This document shows positions 24,050 through 31,933 of a DNA stretch of 36,236 nt, one piece after another (the first letter of the stretch is position 1; each line of letters starts with the position of its first letter). The notes under the pieces were generated by a model. The model did not search any database. It saw only the letters and a list, made by a program, of their open reading frames with translations, and was not told the DNA's origin. Both the position numbers and the translations under genes were made by a program. The DNA is taken from IMG/VR virus record IMGVR_UViG_3300002098_002199, positions 1-36,236 of that record; one strand, 5' to 3'. The stretch comes from a virus. Taxonomy: Duplodnaviria > Caudoviricetes.

Positions 24050-24823
24050 TCATGCGGCGTACTTCTTCGCGAGACGCGCAGCCACTTTCCCCGCCTTGTG
24101 TGCAATATCCCGTTCCACCTTCACCATCTGCACTTCAGCAATGAACTCGTCCTCAGTGAACGAATGCCCGAGGTCGCAAACGATCGTCGGCACGTCACCG
24201 ACATCGATCGGCGGGTGCACGGCTATGCGCGCCTGATCATGGCGGCAAAGGATGTTCGCATATCTGGGCTGCATCGCGAACGGCCAACGCGCAGCAACCC
24301 GGAACACATCAGCCATCTCGTCGTGGAAGTAAGCCACATCGTCCGATGGTGTTTGCCAACAGATGTCCTCAAGATGCGCGATCAACCATGTCGCCATGAT
24401 CGAGCTCGCATATCTTGCTTCTGCCGGTGTCACGTCTGCCGGTAGCCCAACAATGTTCCCGTTGATCTGCCTCCATGCGTGCTTGGCTGGACCCGGTGCC
24501 TGTCGTTTTAGCACAGTGGCCCAATGAGTCACCCAGTACACGAGACGGCCATACAACTCGTTGGCATCCTTGAATGCTTGCTCGTTGAACGGGAGTGGCG
24601 CTTCCTTGGTTGTGTCCACCCGATCCTCACCGCCCCCCGACGTGAGCAGCAGTGAGCTGGTGTGCTCGATGATCTCAGCCACCTGGTTGAGTGCCGTTTC
24701 GAGTGCATGAAATTCTTTATCGCAGAAGAGCCCGTGGGTTGCCCCCATAGGTGTTATCTCATCGGCGCCCATGCATTCGTTGAAGCAGGGTTTCATCCCG
24801 GCCGTTTGTGTGATCTTGCTCAT
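24050..24823 (-). CDS. Zn-binding hypothetical protein, putative late transcription regulator (lambda Q position)
   Basis: N-terminal C..C..C-x-x-E, central PLPFN..A, C-terminal CxxD..CxxGH; last conserved gene before the late promoter. Function inferred from position. Confidence 0.5.
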   Translation of the reverse strand: MSKITQTAGMKPCFNECMGADEITPMGATHGLFCDKEFHALETALNQVAEIIEHTSSLLLTSGGGEDRVDTTKEAPLPFNEQAFKDANELYGRLVYWVTHWATVLKRQAPGPAKHAWRQINGNIVGLPADVTPAEARYASSIMATWLIAHLEDICWQTPSDDVAYFHDEMADVFRVAARWPFAMQPRYANILCRHDQARIAVHPPIDVGDVPTIVCDLGHSFTEDEFIAEVQMVKVERDIAHKAGKVAARLAKKYAA

Positions 24824-24945
24824 GAGTTCCCCTTCTGGTTCTGCTCCAACAATGACGGATGCTCAACCCTCGAACCGGTGCCGCCCTGAATCACCAGAGT
24901 TCGCGATGACTTCGTGAGGTCATCCACTGCATCCAAGAGGGTCAT
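24820..24945 (-). pseudogene. 41-aa ORF, probable truncated remnant of an alternative late-regulator gene
   Basis: MTLLDAVDDLTKSSRTLVIQGGTGSRVEHPSLLEQNQKGNS; resembles from memory the N-terminus (LLDAVD-x-LT..HP-x-LL-x-Q) of longer actinophage proteins found at this position; ATGA-coupled both sides. Confidence 0.4.
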
Positions 24946-25040
24946 TCGACTACCACATCAGAAGGGTTGTGCATGCACGCTTCTGCTCCACGGTCACAAA
25001 TTGTGCACCAATAGTTAGGGGCTGGCCATTCGTCACTCAT
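24942..25040 (-). CDS. 32-aa Cys-containing peptide
   Basis: MSDEWPAPNYWCTICDRGAEACMHNPSDVVVE; SD GGAGG, ATGA coupling. Confidence 0.5.
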   Translation of the reverse strand: MSDEWPAPNYWCTICDRGAEACMHNPSDVVVE

Positions 25041-25378
25041 TCGACTACCTCCCAAGGGCCTACGGTGCGTGTCATCAAGCGTGCTGTGGGGTGCGCATAG
25101 ATAACTTGTTCTGCGGCTTCTGGACTGAAGATGGTCCACATTCTGCCCATTTCGCTGCCGTCAAAGTTGTACTGGACCGCCAGCTCAGTTGAACTATCCG
25201 GGAATTCCGAACGGTTCACGATTTTCGAGTAGCTAATTTCCGAACGGTTCACGACCTCGGACAGTTTCGCGAACCGGATCGCCTGGAGCATTTCAGCAAC
25301 GAAAAGGGTCAAGTCCTTCCCCGGCTCCATGGACCTCAACCAACGGTTGCCCTCATCAAGCAGCTCTTCTTTAGTCAT
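25037..25378 (-). CDS. Hypothetical protein
   Basis: ATGA-coupled; contains a 17-bp direct repeat. Confidence 0.65.
   Translation of the reverse strand: MTKEELLDEGNRWLRSMEPGKDLTLFVAEMLQAIRFAKLSEVVNRSEISYSKIVNRSEFPDSSTELAVQYNFDGSEMGRMWTIFSPEAAEQVIYAHPTARLMTRTVGPWEVVE
25205..25254. repeat. 17-bp direct repeat TTCCGAACGGTTCACGA x2, 33-bp period
   Basis: Copies at 25205-25221 and 25238-25254; encodes VNRSE twice. Confidence 0.85.
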
Positions 25379-25635
25379 TCCGTTTCCCCTTTCCCCAGCA
25401 CTGCGTCAATATCCAGCACAGCGGTTTTCCACCCACACTCCAGAAAGTCACCAACCGGATGTCTTTTGCACACCGGGTGGCTCCCGCGTGCCAGCTTCAC
25501 CGCTTCGATAGTGGCGGTCGCCCCTTCGAGAGCGTCAGCCAGCCGGTCAATCAGATCCCCGAGCCCCCTATCGCCACCATCGGCTTCCATGCGTGACGTT
25601 TCCCGTGCTTCGTCAATCAGTTCTTCGGTCGTCAT
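25375..25635 (-). CDS. Hypothetical protein, 86 aa
   Basis: Start MTTEELIDE at 25635, SD GGAGG, ATGA coupling. Confidence 0.65.
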   Translation of the reverse strand: MTTEELIDEARETSRMEADGGDRGLGDLIDRLADALEGATATIEAVKLARGSHPVCKRHPVGDFLECGWKTAVLDIDAVLGKGETE

Positions 25636-26006
25636 TCCGTAACCTCCCCAACAATTCGCCGACGGTAAAACTCCATCGCATAAGGAATGGCAGAAAACCG
25701 AGAGCAGAGGCAAGCCATTCCCGAATCATCCGGGCAAAATAAGGCATACGGTTTCGGGTCCGCGAAGGCTCGGGGGGAAAAGTAGAGCCGCCAACCACCA
25801 TCAAGGCTGGCAATAAACCGCGGTGCACTTTCCTCTGATCTTTTGGTTACCAACTGGTTTTCGGTATCCCCTACGACTGCTGCCCCTTTGATCATCCCCG
25901 CAACAAAGCCAGCCTCGAAGACCCGTTCAGGGTTCCACCCGTTGTGGTTGACTCCCGGCCTTTCCGCTTTGTAGACCTCGAAGAACGGTCTCCACGGTTC
26001 ACTCAT
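25632..26006 (-). CDS. Hypothetical protein
   Basis: SD GGAGG; overlaps neighbours in the operon. Confidence 0.6.
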   Translation of the reverse strand: MSEPWRPFFEVYKAERPGVNHNGWNPERVFEAGFVAGMIKGAAVVGDTENQLVTKRSEESAPRFIASLDGGWRLYFSPRAFADPKPYALFCPDDSGMACLCSRFSAIPYAMEFYRRRIVGEVTE

Positions 26007-26208
26007 CAGCTGCCTCCCCCTCGTTTCCCCTGAAAGCTTCGACCACCCGTGCGACCGCCTGCGAATACTCCCGAATCAGGTAAATGTGTTGATCTGCTGC
26101 TTTGATATTTCCCGAATACCCTTTGTCGATCATCGAAGAAGCATCAATAAACGAGTTGTGCAGGTCATCGAGTGCGCGCATAAACTTTGCTGACTTGGTG
26201 TCACTCAT
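25999..26208 (-). CDS. Hypothetical protein, 69 aa
   Basis: SD GGAGG, ATGA coupling. Confidence 0.6.
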   Translation of the reverse strand: MSDTKSAKFMRALDDLHNSFIDASSMIDKGYSGNIKAADQHIYLIREYSQAVARVVEAFRGNEGEAADE

Positions 26209-26567
26209 TGCGTTGCCTCCCCGTTTATTGCGCGGGCGAGGGCAATCTCAGCTCTGTAGAACTCGGGGCCGAGTTGTGCACCGCCGTAAGCGTCGGTGAG
26301 TTGGGTGGCCGCCTCTTTGAGAATCGCCAGTTGCGCATCGATGGTGCGATGCAAGGTGACGATAAGTTCAGCGTCGTGCCGGTTGAAACATGTAGCAACA
26401 TCTGACGAACCCGCTACTTCCGGACCCGTGTAAACCTCTCGCGCGCTTTCATACCGCTTGCGGTTCGCGCCTTGCACCCAGTACGCCGATTCGACCGGCT
26501 GAGTGCTCATGTTCTTCAATTCGGTCAGCTTCTCAATCGCGGCCCGAATCTCTTCTACAGCGGTCAT
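26205..26567 (-). CDS. Hypothetical protein (Ead/Ea22-like character), 120 aa
   Basis: Start MTAVEEIRAAIEKL at 26567; DAELIVTLHRTIDAQLAIL motif. Confidence 0.65.
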   Translation of the reverse strand: MTAVEEIRAAIEKLTELKNMSTQPVESAYWVQGANRKRYESAREVYTGPEVAGSSDVATCFNRHDAELIVTLHRTIDAQLAILKEAATQLTDAYGGAQLGPEFYRAEIALARAINGEATQ

Positions 26568-26905
26568 TCCGTCCCCTCCCGATATTCGTCTTCGCGTTCG
26601 GTGGTACACGGCGCGCAACCGCATTCCTCGTCGGAGCTGTTGTGTGACCAGAGGGTCGCTCCGATGCTGAGGCACCCGTGCCCGTACGGGTCCAATGTGA
26701 TCTGCACAACCGATTCACCATCCAGATATAGGAGGTCGATGTCGTGGCCGCGACCGGGTCGAACCTCATCCGCGAATGTGGTCCGCCAGTCATGGTTGTG
26801 GTGGCTCCACTGGCTCATTTCGATGCTGTGGTTGACGCGGGCATCCGCGATCATCTCAGCCAACGCAGACACCTGCCGGTCGGTCATTTTTCTGTTTCCG
26901 CTCAC
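26564..26905 (-). CDS. Hypothetical protein with C-terminal CxCxxC
   Basis: GTGA-coupled with G-rich SD; ECGCAPC. Confidence 0.6.
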   Translation of the reverse strand: MSGNRKMTDRQVSALAEMIADARVNHSIEMSQWSHHNHDWRTTFADEVRPGRGHDIDLLYLDGESVVQITLDPYGHGCLSIGATLWSHNSSDEECGCAPCTTEREDEYREGTE

Positions 26906-26991
26906 AGCGTCCCCTCCCCCTCGTCCTTCACGAGCAGCTGCACGTAGAGCGCATCTGCACGGTTTCGTTGGTCAATCTCGCTGGTGTCCAT
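26902..26991 (-). CDS. 29-aa hypothetical peptide (not in ORF track)
   Basis: MDTSEIDQRNRADALYVQLLVKDEGEGTL; coupled at both ends. Confidence 0.45.
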   Translation of the reverse strand: MDTSEIDQRNRADALYVQLLVKDEGEGTL

Positions 26992-27137
26992 CACTCCGCC
27001 TCAATCCGTTTGATCAAGTGCGCGATGACGTTTCCGAAAGTCGGAATCGCGTTGAGAGTCGCATTGATCCACTCATCACGCAGGCCCGGTTCGCGAAGGA
27101 TTGCGAGGATCCGTTCACGCTCTGCTTGCGCGCTCAA
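26991..27137 (-). CDS. 48-aa hypothetical protein (not in ORF track)
   Basis: TTG start overlapping the ssb stop; MSAQAERERILAILREPGLRDEWINATLNAIPTFGNVIAHLIKRIEAE. Confidence 0.5.
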   Translation of the reverse strand: MSAQAERERILAILREPGLRDEWINATLNAIPTFGNVIAHLIKRIEAE

Positions 27138-27523
27138 AATGGGGTCTCCGCGTCTTTCGCCCACGGCTCTTGTACGGGCTCGGGAACGCTAGACCCGGTG
27201 TCAGTGCCAGAAAGGTCTGTAGACCCGCTGTTACCCCCGTCAGGCGCTCCCCCGGCCACAATGCGGGGCGAGTTCAGCGACAACTCCACACTGTGACGCT
27301 GCTGCCCATCATTCCCCGTCCACGGCTCCCCAACCTTCGCCGACAGAAACCCCGACAAATTCACAACATCGCCCACAACCAAACCCGAAGGCTGATCGAA
27401 CCAAACCGTGAACCGCGTCGCATACGTCTTCTCGCCGTTCGTGGATGTCTCCGTGACCTGCAAACCATTACCGCGCCCGTTGACTCGGGTTACCGCGACA
27501 TCCTTCAAAATTACGATTGCCAT
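27134..27523 (-). CDS. ssb: Single-stranded DNA-binding protein
   Basis: OB-fold pattern (FTVW, L-x-x-GD-x-V-x-x-SG-x-L, W-x-x-x-DG-x-x-R), Gly-rich linker, acidic tail ending in PF. Confidence 0.85.
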   Translation of the reverse strand: MAIVILKDVAVTRVNGRGNGLQVTETSTNGEKTYATRFTVWFDQPSGLVVGDVVNLSGFLSAKVGEPWTGNDGQQRHSVELSLNSPRIVAGGAPDGGNSGSTDLSGTDTGSSVPEPVQEPWAKDAETPF

Positions 27524-27525
27524 GA

Positions 27526-27768
27526 CTAGCTCGCTTCCTTGATTGTTTCGCGCATTTCGCGCGCCATCCTGATTGCCAAATGAATCTCTTGTTGCTTATT
27601 CGCATCACGATCACTGATCGACTTCGCGACCAAATACAACATCCGCCGCTTCTCGATATCGGCAAGATTCGCCGACCGATCACGCCGCGCCTTCGCCGGT
27701 GTCACCCCCGCCAGGAACGCCGTGAAGTCCGCGTCCGCTGGGGTCTCGATGTAGATCACTTGATCCAC
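27526..27768 (-). CDS. Hypothetical protein (alternative start GTG 27759)
   Basis: Fits operon packing; supplies the SD for ssb. Confidence 0.6.
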   Translation of the reverse strand: MDQVIYIETPADADFTAFLAGVTPAKARRDRSANLADIEKRRMLYLVAKSISDRDANKQQEIHLAIRMAREMRETIKEAS

Positions 27769-27890
27769 TTGTCGTTACCGGCAAACCAGCGTGGGAGTGT
27801 TTTGAGCCCCCACCGGGCCTGTAGCCACGGGTCAGCATCGAAAACCACCAATGCGATCTCCAACTGGCGATCCGGGGTTATGCGTCCCAT
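27756..27890 (-). CDS. 44-aa Trp-rich hypothetical protein (not in ORF track)
   Basis: MGRITPDRQLEIALVVFDADPWLQARWGLKTLPRWFAGNDKWIK; fills the gap in the operon. Confidence 0.45.
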   Translation of the reverse strand: MGRITPDRQLEIALVVFDADPWLQARWGLKTLPRWFAGNDKWIK

Positions 27891-28285
27891 GAGCCACCCG
27901 CCTCAATCGGCAACGCCTGAGCAGTAGCGCGAGACTCATCACGAGCCAGCGCCAACTGCGCCCGGATCTCCGCCGACACCGGTTCAGACTCCGACCACTC
28001 CCGCGACACCAAACCCCGAGCACGAGCCGACCGAACATCAGCCGCCACCAACTCCTTCGTCTGACGTGACGAAACCTGTGTAGCCGCGACAATGTGCCCA
28101 ACCATCAGATAAACATCTGATAACGGGCCAGTGACGTGAGCCACCGCTGCCGCCCTCGCATCCTCAAAGTCAGCCTCACGAATGCCAGGGACAAGAAACC
28201 ATGAGCTGATCGTGTTGTCATCGACCTTGCGGTTATCGAAACCACCGATGATCGTCAACAGTGCCGCTATCTCCATTTTGTTCAT
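27878..28285 (-). CDS. Helicase loader/inhibitor-like replication protein
   Basis: E-x-x-x-LL..DNR..W..A-x-x-A-x-x-x-H pattern (G39P-like); directly follows the initiator. Confidence 0.65.
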   Translation of the reverse strand: MNKMEIAALLTIIGGFDNRKVDDNTISSWFLVPGIREADFEDARAAAVAHVTGPLSDVYLMVGHIVAATQVSSRQTKELVAADVRSARARGLVSREWSESEPVSAEIRAQLALARDESRATAQALPIEAGGSWDA

Positions 28286-29097
28286 TGGCTAATCGCCCCC
28301 ATCTGGCTCATCTGCTCCATTGCCGCGTACCTCGCAACCACCTGCATGTTCTCTTCACCGCGAGTCAGCGTTTGACGTGTTGCCGGTGTCGGCAGTTCAT
28401 CCGTCCAACGCTCGCCATTCAGCCAGGCACCGAGAGCCGGGGTGAATTGCCGGTCAGTGGTTGCCGCGTACGCATCCCCGAACCGAATGACATGCTGGGC
28501 CAGTTGCGCAGCGGGAACTTTCTTCGTCGCCGTCGTGAACCGTTTCAGAGCATCCGCCCGTTCAACCTTTTTGGGCCAATGCTCGTAAGCAGAATCGAAG
28601 AGACCAGCGATCACAGGTTTGATTTCCGTCACCCTCGGTGACAGTTCCATTTCCCTGTTCCCTGTTCCATTTCCCTGTTCCCTGTTCCCTGTTCCAGCGG
28701 TGTTAGCTCCGTGATTACTCATGGAGTCATCAGTGAACGGTGCTGAATCCCTTATATTCATTGGGTCTGGGGCAGGAAACTTGCTTGCGGTCGGTCGGCT
28801 GATGACTTGGTGCTCTAGCCACTTAGGAATGGCCAGAAAATGCCTCCCGTCAACGCTGTATCGGACAACATGAGCACTCAGTGATAGCTCCGTGAGGTCG
28901 TCTTCAACGTCCTGCCAGGTCACGTTGTCCTCAAGGGTCCAAAGGTCGCCTTTGATGATTCGCGCATCATCCTTACCGCGTCCCTCGTCGTCCACGTAGG
29001 TCCATAATCCGATCCATGTGAGCCTTGCCCGATAGGACAGCGGGGTCACATCGTGGGATCGAAAGAACCCCGGCTTGATCGTTCTAATGCGTGCCAT
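28282..29097 (-). CDS. RepA-like phage replication initiator
   Basis: MARIRTIKP-x-F, L-x-x-IGLW-x-x-x-DD-x-GR, W-x-x-HQ-x-I-x-RP N-terminus; C-terminal WPKK..WLN-x-x-RW-x-DE. Confidence 0.85.
   Translation of the reverse strand: MARIRTIKPGFFRSHDVTPLSYRARLTWIGLWTYVDDEGRGKDDARIIKGDLWTLEDNVTWQDVEDDLTELSLSAHVVRYSVDGRHFLAIPKWLEHQVISRPTASKFPAPDPMNIRDSAPFTDDSMSNHGANTAGTGNREQGNGTGNREMELSPRVTEIKPVIAGLFDSAYEHWPKKVERADALKRFTTATKKVPAAQLAQHVIRFGDAYAATTDRQFTPALGAWLNGERWTDELPTPATRQTLTRGEENMQVVARYAAMEQMSQMGAISQ
28644..28696. repeat. Pyrimidine-rich tandem repeats inside the initiator gene (candidate origin element)
   Basis: GTTCCATTTCCCTGTTCCCT x2 (28644-28683) followed by further GTTCCCT-type units. Confidence 0.75.
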
Positions 29098-29120
29098 TGT
29101 CTAACCCCATTTCTTCATAA

Positions 29121-29486
29121 TCAGTAAGCAATTTCTTCATGTCGTTGTCGCCCCCACGGGGTCAGGAACCAGCTCGTACCGTCAGGGAAAACGACGGGTG
29201 TGGAGAGGCACCGTTCAAGGTCGATTTGTGTTGATTTGGAGCGGCGAATCTTGATCCCGCGTGCCAGGCATTCCGCCCCGAAATCGGCGTTGTCTTCTTT
29301 CAGGCTGTTGCACGGGCGGCATGTGGCCACGAGGTTCTGTGGCACGTCTAACCGCTTATTCCCACCCATGCCCCGCCCAACCCGGTGATCGCAATCTGTG
29401 GCCGTACCGAGGCAGTGAGAGGAGGCCAGAACACACACGTTGTTGTCTCGTGCGAGCACCGCCACCTTCACCGCCTTGGGGATCAC
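29121..29486 (-). CDS. HNH endonuclease, 121 aa
   Basis: GTG start 29486; RD-x-x-x-C..C..DHR-x-x-RGMGG..NL-x-x-x-C-x-x-CN. Confidence 0.85.
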   Translation of the reverse strand: MIPKAVKVAVLARDNNVCVLASSHCLGTATDCDHRVGRGMGGNKRLDVPQNLVATCRPCNSLKEDNADFGAECLARGIKIRRSKSTQIDLERCLSTPVVFPDGTSWFLTPWGRQRHEEIAY

Positions 29487-29674
29487 GCCGCGACCTTGTA
29501 GACCTGATCGAACCGGGCCGCCAAATCTTTCTCGCCGTACCGCTGAAACATGCGCGCCAACACCGGCATCGACCGACCCAACACTTGAGCAACCATCAAA
29601 GGGTGAACGCCCGCATCGAGCAGCCACAGGGTTTCAGCGATAACCTCCGGGCCTTTCATCCGTGGCTCACTCAT
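29483..29674 (-). CDS. Small HTH-like protein, 63 aa
   Basis: Start MSEPRMKG at 29674; WLL-x-x-G..A-x-x-LG..L-x-R-x-x-x-R-x-G-x-x-DLA. Confidence 0.6.
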   Translation of the reverse strand: MSEPRMKGPEVIAETLWLLDAGVHPLMVAQVLGRSMPVLARMFQRYGEKDLAARFDQVYKVAA

Positions 29675-30060
29675 ACCTTCACCACGTCCAAACGCATATA
29701 AGCGGTCTTGGTCCCTTCGGGTGCCCGTTCGATACGGCACCGTTTCCCCATGAACTCGGCTGTGTCGTCCGTGACCACGCCAGCATCCACAAGGCCATCG
29801 CACAGGGCTTTCAGCAACGGATACAGGTTGTCTTCATCGCGCCGACGGTTATCAGTCACGAACCAGATCAGCGTCACGTCGCACTTGCCGAGCGCAGGGA
29901 ACCGCGCAGCGTTCAGGGCTGCGAAAGTTCGCCACGTCTTGGTGTGCTTGGCCTTGACCCGCCAATGGTCACGCCCGTTCAGACTGAGCGGGTTCTTCGC
30001 CAATGGGATCGGAATGAACGCCGAAAACAGTTGGTTTCCGTCCTGTGTTGTGCCCGGCAT
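29671..30060 (-). CDS. rusA: RusA-like Holliday junction resolvase
   Basis: LSLN, RRRD-x-DNL-x-x-x-x-K-x-x-x-DGL-x-x-AG-x-x-x-DD catalytic motif. Confidence 0.85.
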   Translation of the reverse strand: MPGTTQDGNQLFSAFIPIPLAKNPLSLNGRDHWRVKAKHTKTWRTFAALNAARFPALGKCDVTLIWFVTDNRRRDEDNLYPLLKALCDGLVDAGVVTDDTAEFMGKRCRIERAPEGTKTAYMRLDVVKV

Positions 30061-30641
30061 CAGGCGCCCTCAATCTGGATCGACTCAGCTTTGACTCGTT
30101 GGTATTCGCTACGAATGACCGCAATAACTTGGTCGTTCGCGTGCGCTGTTCGTGCCGCAGCTCCGAGGGCAGAAATCAGATCCATGTTCGAATCAGTGAG
30201 GCTCAACTCCTTGAGCCAATCCCGCCCAGATTCGTCTTTGGGTTTCGGTGCATCAGCGAATGGCTGAACAGTGAATGGTGCACGTTTCCCGCGAGTGACT
30301 GTGAGCGCAACCGTGAGTGGAGCTTCAAGGCCCGACATCGACGCAATCTGGATGCCCCCCACTTCGTCCTTGCCGAAACGAATCGACGGGTTACGAAACA
30401 GGGTCAGTTGCCGACCGACGTACTCTTTCGACTCTGCCCCCCACGCCATGACCATGACGCGACGCATTGACTTGGACGGCTTATATGGTCGCCCCGGTCC
30501 GAACTCTGCTGTCACGACGTTCACCGGCTGATCTGGTGTGCCCTGCTTCACCTCCGTGATCGTCACAAGGACGGGGCCACTCATCAGGTCGTCAGCATTG
30601 AGTTGGTCTGAGCGTGGGGCAATGCTCTCGGTGAGATTCAT
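30060..30641 (-). CDS. Conserved phage protein paired with the exonuclease (putative ssDNA-binding/annealing protein), 193 aa
   Basis: Start MNLTESIAPRSDQLNADDL at 30641; PYKP-x-KSMRRV, GGI-x-I-x-x-MS motifs; occupies the RecT slot. Confidence 0.6.
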   Translation of the reverse strand: MNLTESIAPRSDQLNADDLMSGPVLVTITEVKQGTPDQPVNVVTAEFGPGRPYKPSKSMRRVMVMAWGAESKEYVGRQLTLFRNPSIRFGKDEVGGIQIASMSGLEAPLTVALTVTRGKRAPFTVQPFADAPKPKDESGRDWLKELSLTDSNMDLISALGAAARTAHANDQVIAVIRSEYQRVKAESIQIEGA

Positions 30642-31486
30642 GCGTATTCCTCTTCGTGTTGGTAAACCGCGTACACGGGGGGTGAAGACATTTGGACTTC
30701 TTCGGGGTAGCCGGGCCATGAGTTGTTCGCGGTGCATTCTGCGAACGTCTCCAAGGCACGTTTCGTTTTCGCGTCGCCCATTTCCTGCCACACAATGTCC
30801 AACTCGTGAACGGCGACCAGGTGTGGTGCGGCAGTTTCAACGACGACAAACCGGAACGGGATCGCGTTACCCGTGGCGAGCTTCAGCGTGTGGTGATACC
30901 AGCGCTCTTGCGTCTCATAACCCCAATCAAGGACGGAGCGCTCGAAGCCGAGTTTCGTTGCCTTCTTACCTGTCGTTTTCAAATCCACAGCCACGGGGTT
31001 ATCGCCCATGAAGTTGGGGAGGAAATCGAACCGGGCACGCATATCCACACCCGTTGCCGGATCTGTAGCAAACACCGAACTTTCAACGTTGCCCTCCTGC
31101 TCGAACAACGCCTGTGCAGTCGGATGCGCGAGGACCGCTTCAGCCATCGCATTCACCTGGTCGTTCGTTGCTGCCGAAATAACCACCAGACCATTCGCCC
31201 GTTGTTCAGCAACCCACTCAACCGTTGCCGCCTTCGTAGATGCGTGACCGGCTGGGGTGAGATGCTCGGGCGGGTATGTGATGACCCCATGACCGGCACC
31301 CAACACTTTCGTGTGAACTGCCGTCCCAAGGTCGAACGCATCCTTGTGGCCTTGCGGATGGCTCTTGCCGTAATGGAATCGGGCGGGTGAATCAAGCAAC
31401 TGCCGTGCCTGTGTGGAAGACAATGCTGGGTGCGAGTGGTATTCGTTCTCGTCAAGATTTTGGATGATGCCTTGCAGCGCGTTCAT
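30638..31486 (-). CDS. RecE/exonuclease VIII-like PD-(D/E)XK nuclease (DUF3799)
   Basis: YH..LSST..SPA, GTAVH, E-x-S-x-F..R-x-D..DLKT, Y-x-x-Q-x-x-x-Y, WPGY motifs. Confidence 0.9.
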   Translation of the reverse strand: MNALQGIIQNLDENEYHSHPALSSTQARQLLDSPARFHYGKSHPQGHKDAFDLGTAVHTKVLGAGHGVITYPPEHLTPAGHASTKAATVEWVAEQRANGLVVISAATNDQVNAMAEAVLAHPTAQALFEQEGNVESSVFATDPATGVDMRARFDFLPNFMGDNPVAVDLKTTGKKATKLGFERSVLDWGYETQERWYHHTLKLATGNAIPFRFVVVETAAPHLVAVHELDIVWQEMGDAKTKRALETFAECTANNSWPGYPEEVQMSSPPVYAVYQHEEEYA

Positions 31487-31638
31487 GATGTCGCCTTTAG
31501 GTGCTCCGAGTAGTCGTGTTGCAACTCAGCCATCGAGCTATCGTCACGACCAAGCGACTCCCAATAGAACGCACCACAAGAACACTCAGCAATGAACGGG
31601 CGACGTGTTGGCGCGATCCGCAACAGGTGCCCGGTCAC
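31483..31638 (-). CDS. 51-aa H-CxC-H zinc-finger-like protein (not in ORF track)
   Basis: MTGHLLRIAPTRRPFIAECSCGAFYWESLGRDDSSMAELQHDYSEHLKATS; coupled at both ends; paralog of the upstream gene. Confidence 0.7.
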   Translation of the reverse strand: MTGHLLRIAPTRRPFIAECSCGAFYWESLGRDDSSMAELQHDYSEHLKATS

Positions 31639-31820
31639 GAGTTCACCGCCCACAACTTCGCGTCAGCCTTCGCGACCTTCACATGGAGCAAATACATTTC
31701 ACGAAGCTCAGACTGTGCGGTGAGGTCTCGCCCCATCACAACCCGGCTGAACTTCCCGCAGTCACACAGGCCACGGAATGCGTACAACTCTTTCTTCTGC
31801 GTCAGTGCGTGGTGGCTCAA
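31635..31820 (-). CDS. 61-aa H-CxC-H zinc-finger-like protein
   Basis: H4..CDCG..H46; aligns without gaps to the downstream 51-aa ORF. Confidence 0.7.
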   Translation of the reverse strand: MSHHALTQKKELYAFRGLCDCGKFSRVVMGRDLTAQSELREMYLLHVKVAKADAKLWAVNS

Positions 31821-31933
31821 AAGCTCATCCCCTCAATATGTGCGATCAGGACCAACAGCCCCAGAAGGAACGAGAACGCGAGGACCGAACGAACCAGCCC
31901 ACGCACAATCAGGTAGCTCTTTGAGTGGTTCAT
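31817..31933 (-). CDS. 38-aa single-TM peptide (not in ORF track)
   Basis: MNHSKSYLIVRGLVRSVLAFSFLLGLLVLIAHIEGMSF; coupled at both ends. Confidence 0.55.
   Translation of the reverse strand: MNHSKSYLIVRGLVRSVLAFSFLLGLLVLIAHIEGMSF

Noticed and set aside
25205-28696. Short repeats as a possible CRISPR or mini-array
   Set aside because: Only two copies or tandem units, located inside coding sequence, without unique spacers of regular length or cas genes.
1610-31390. Many long + strand ORFs in the track (e.g. 1610..2404, 6475..7221, 8402..9172, 14243..15082, 15546..16448, 23513..24445, 26472..27296)
   Set aside because: Antisense shadows of well-supported - strand genes in GC-rich DNA; no motifs, SD or promoter support.
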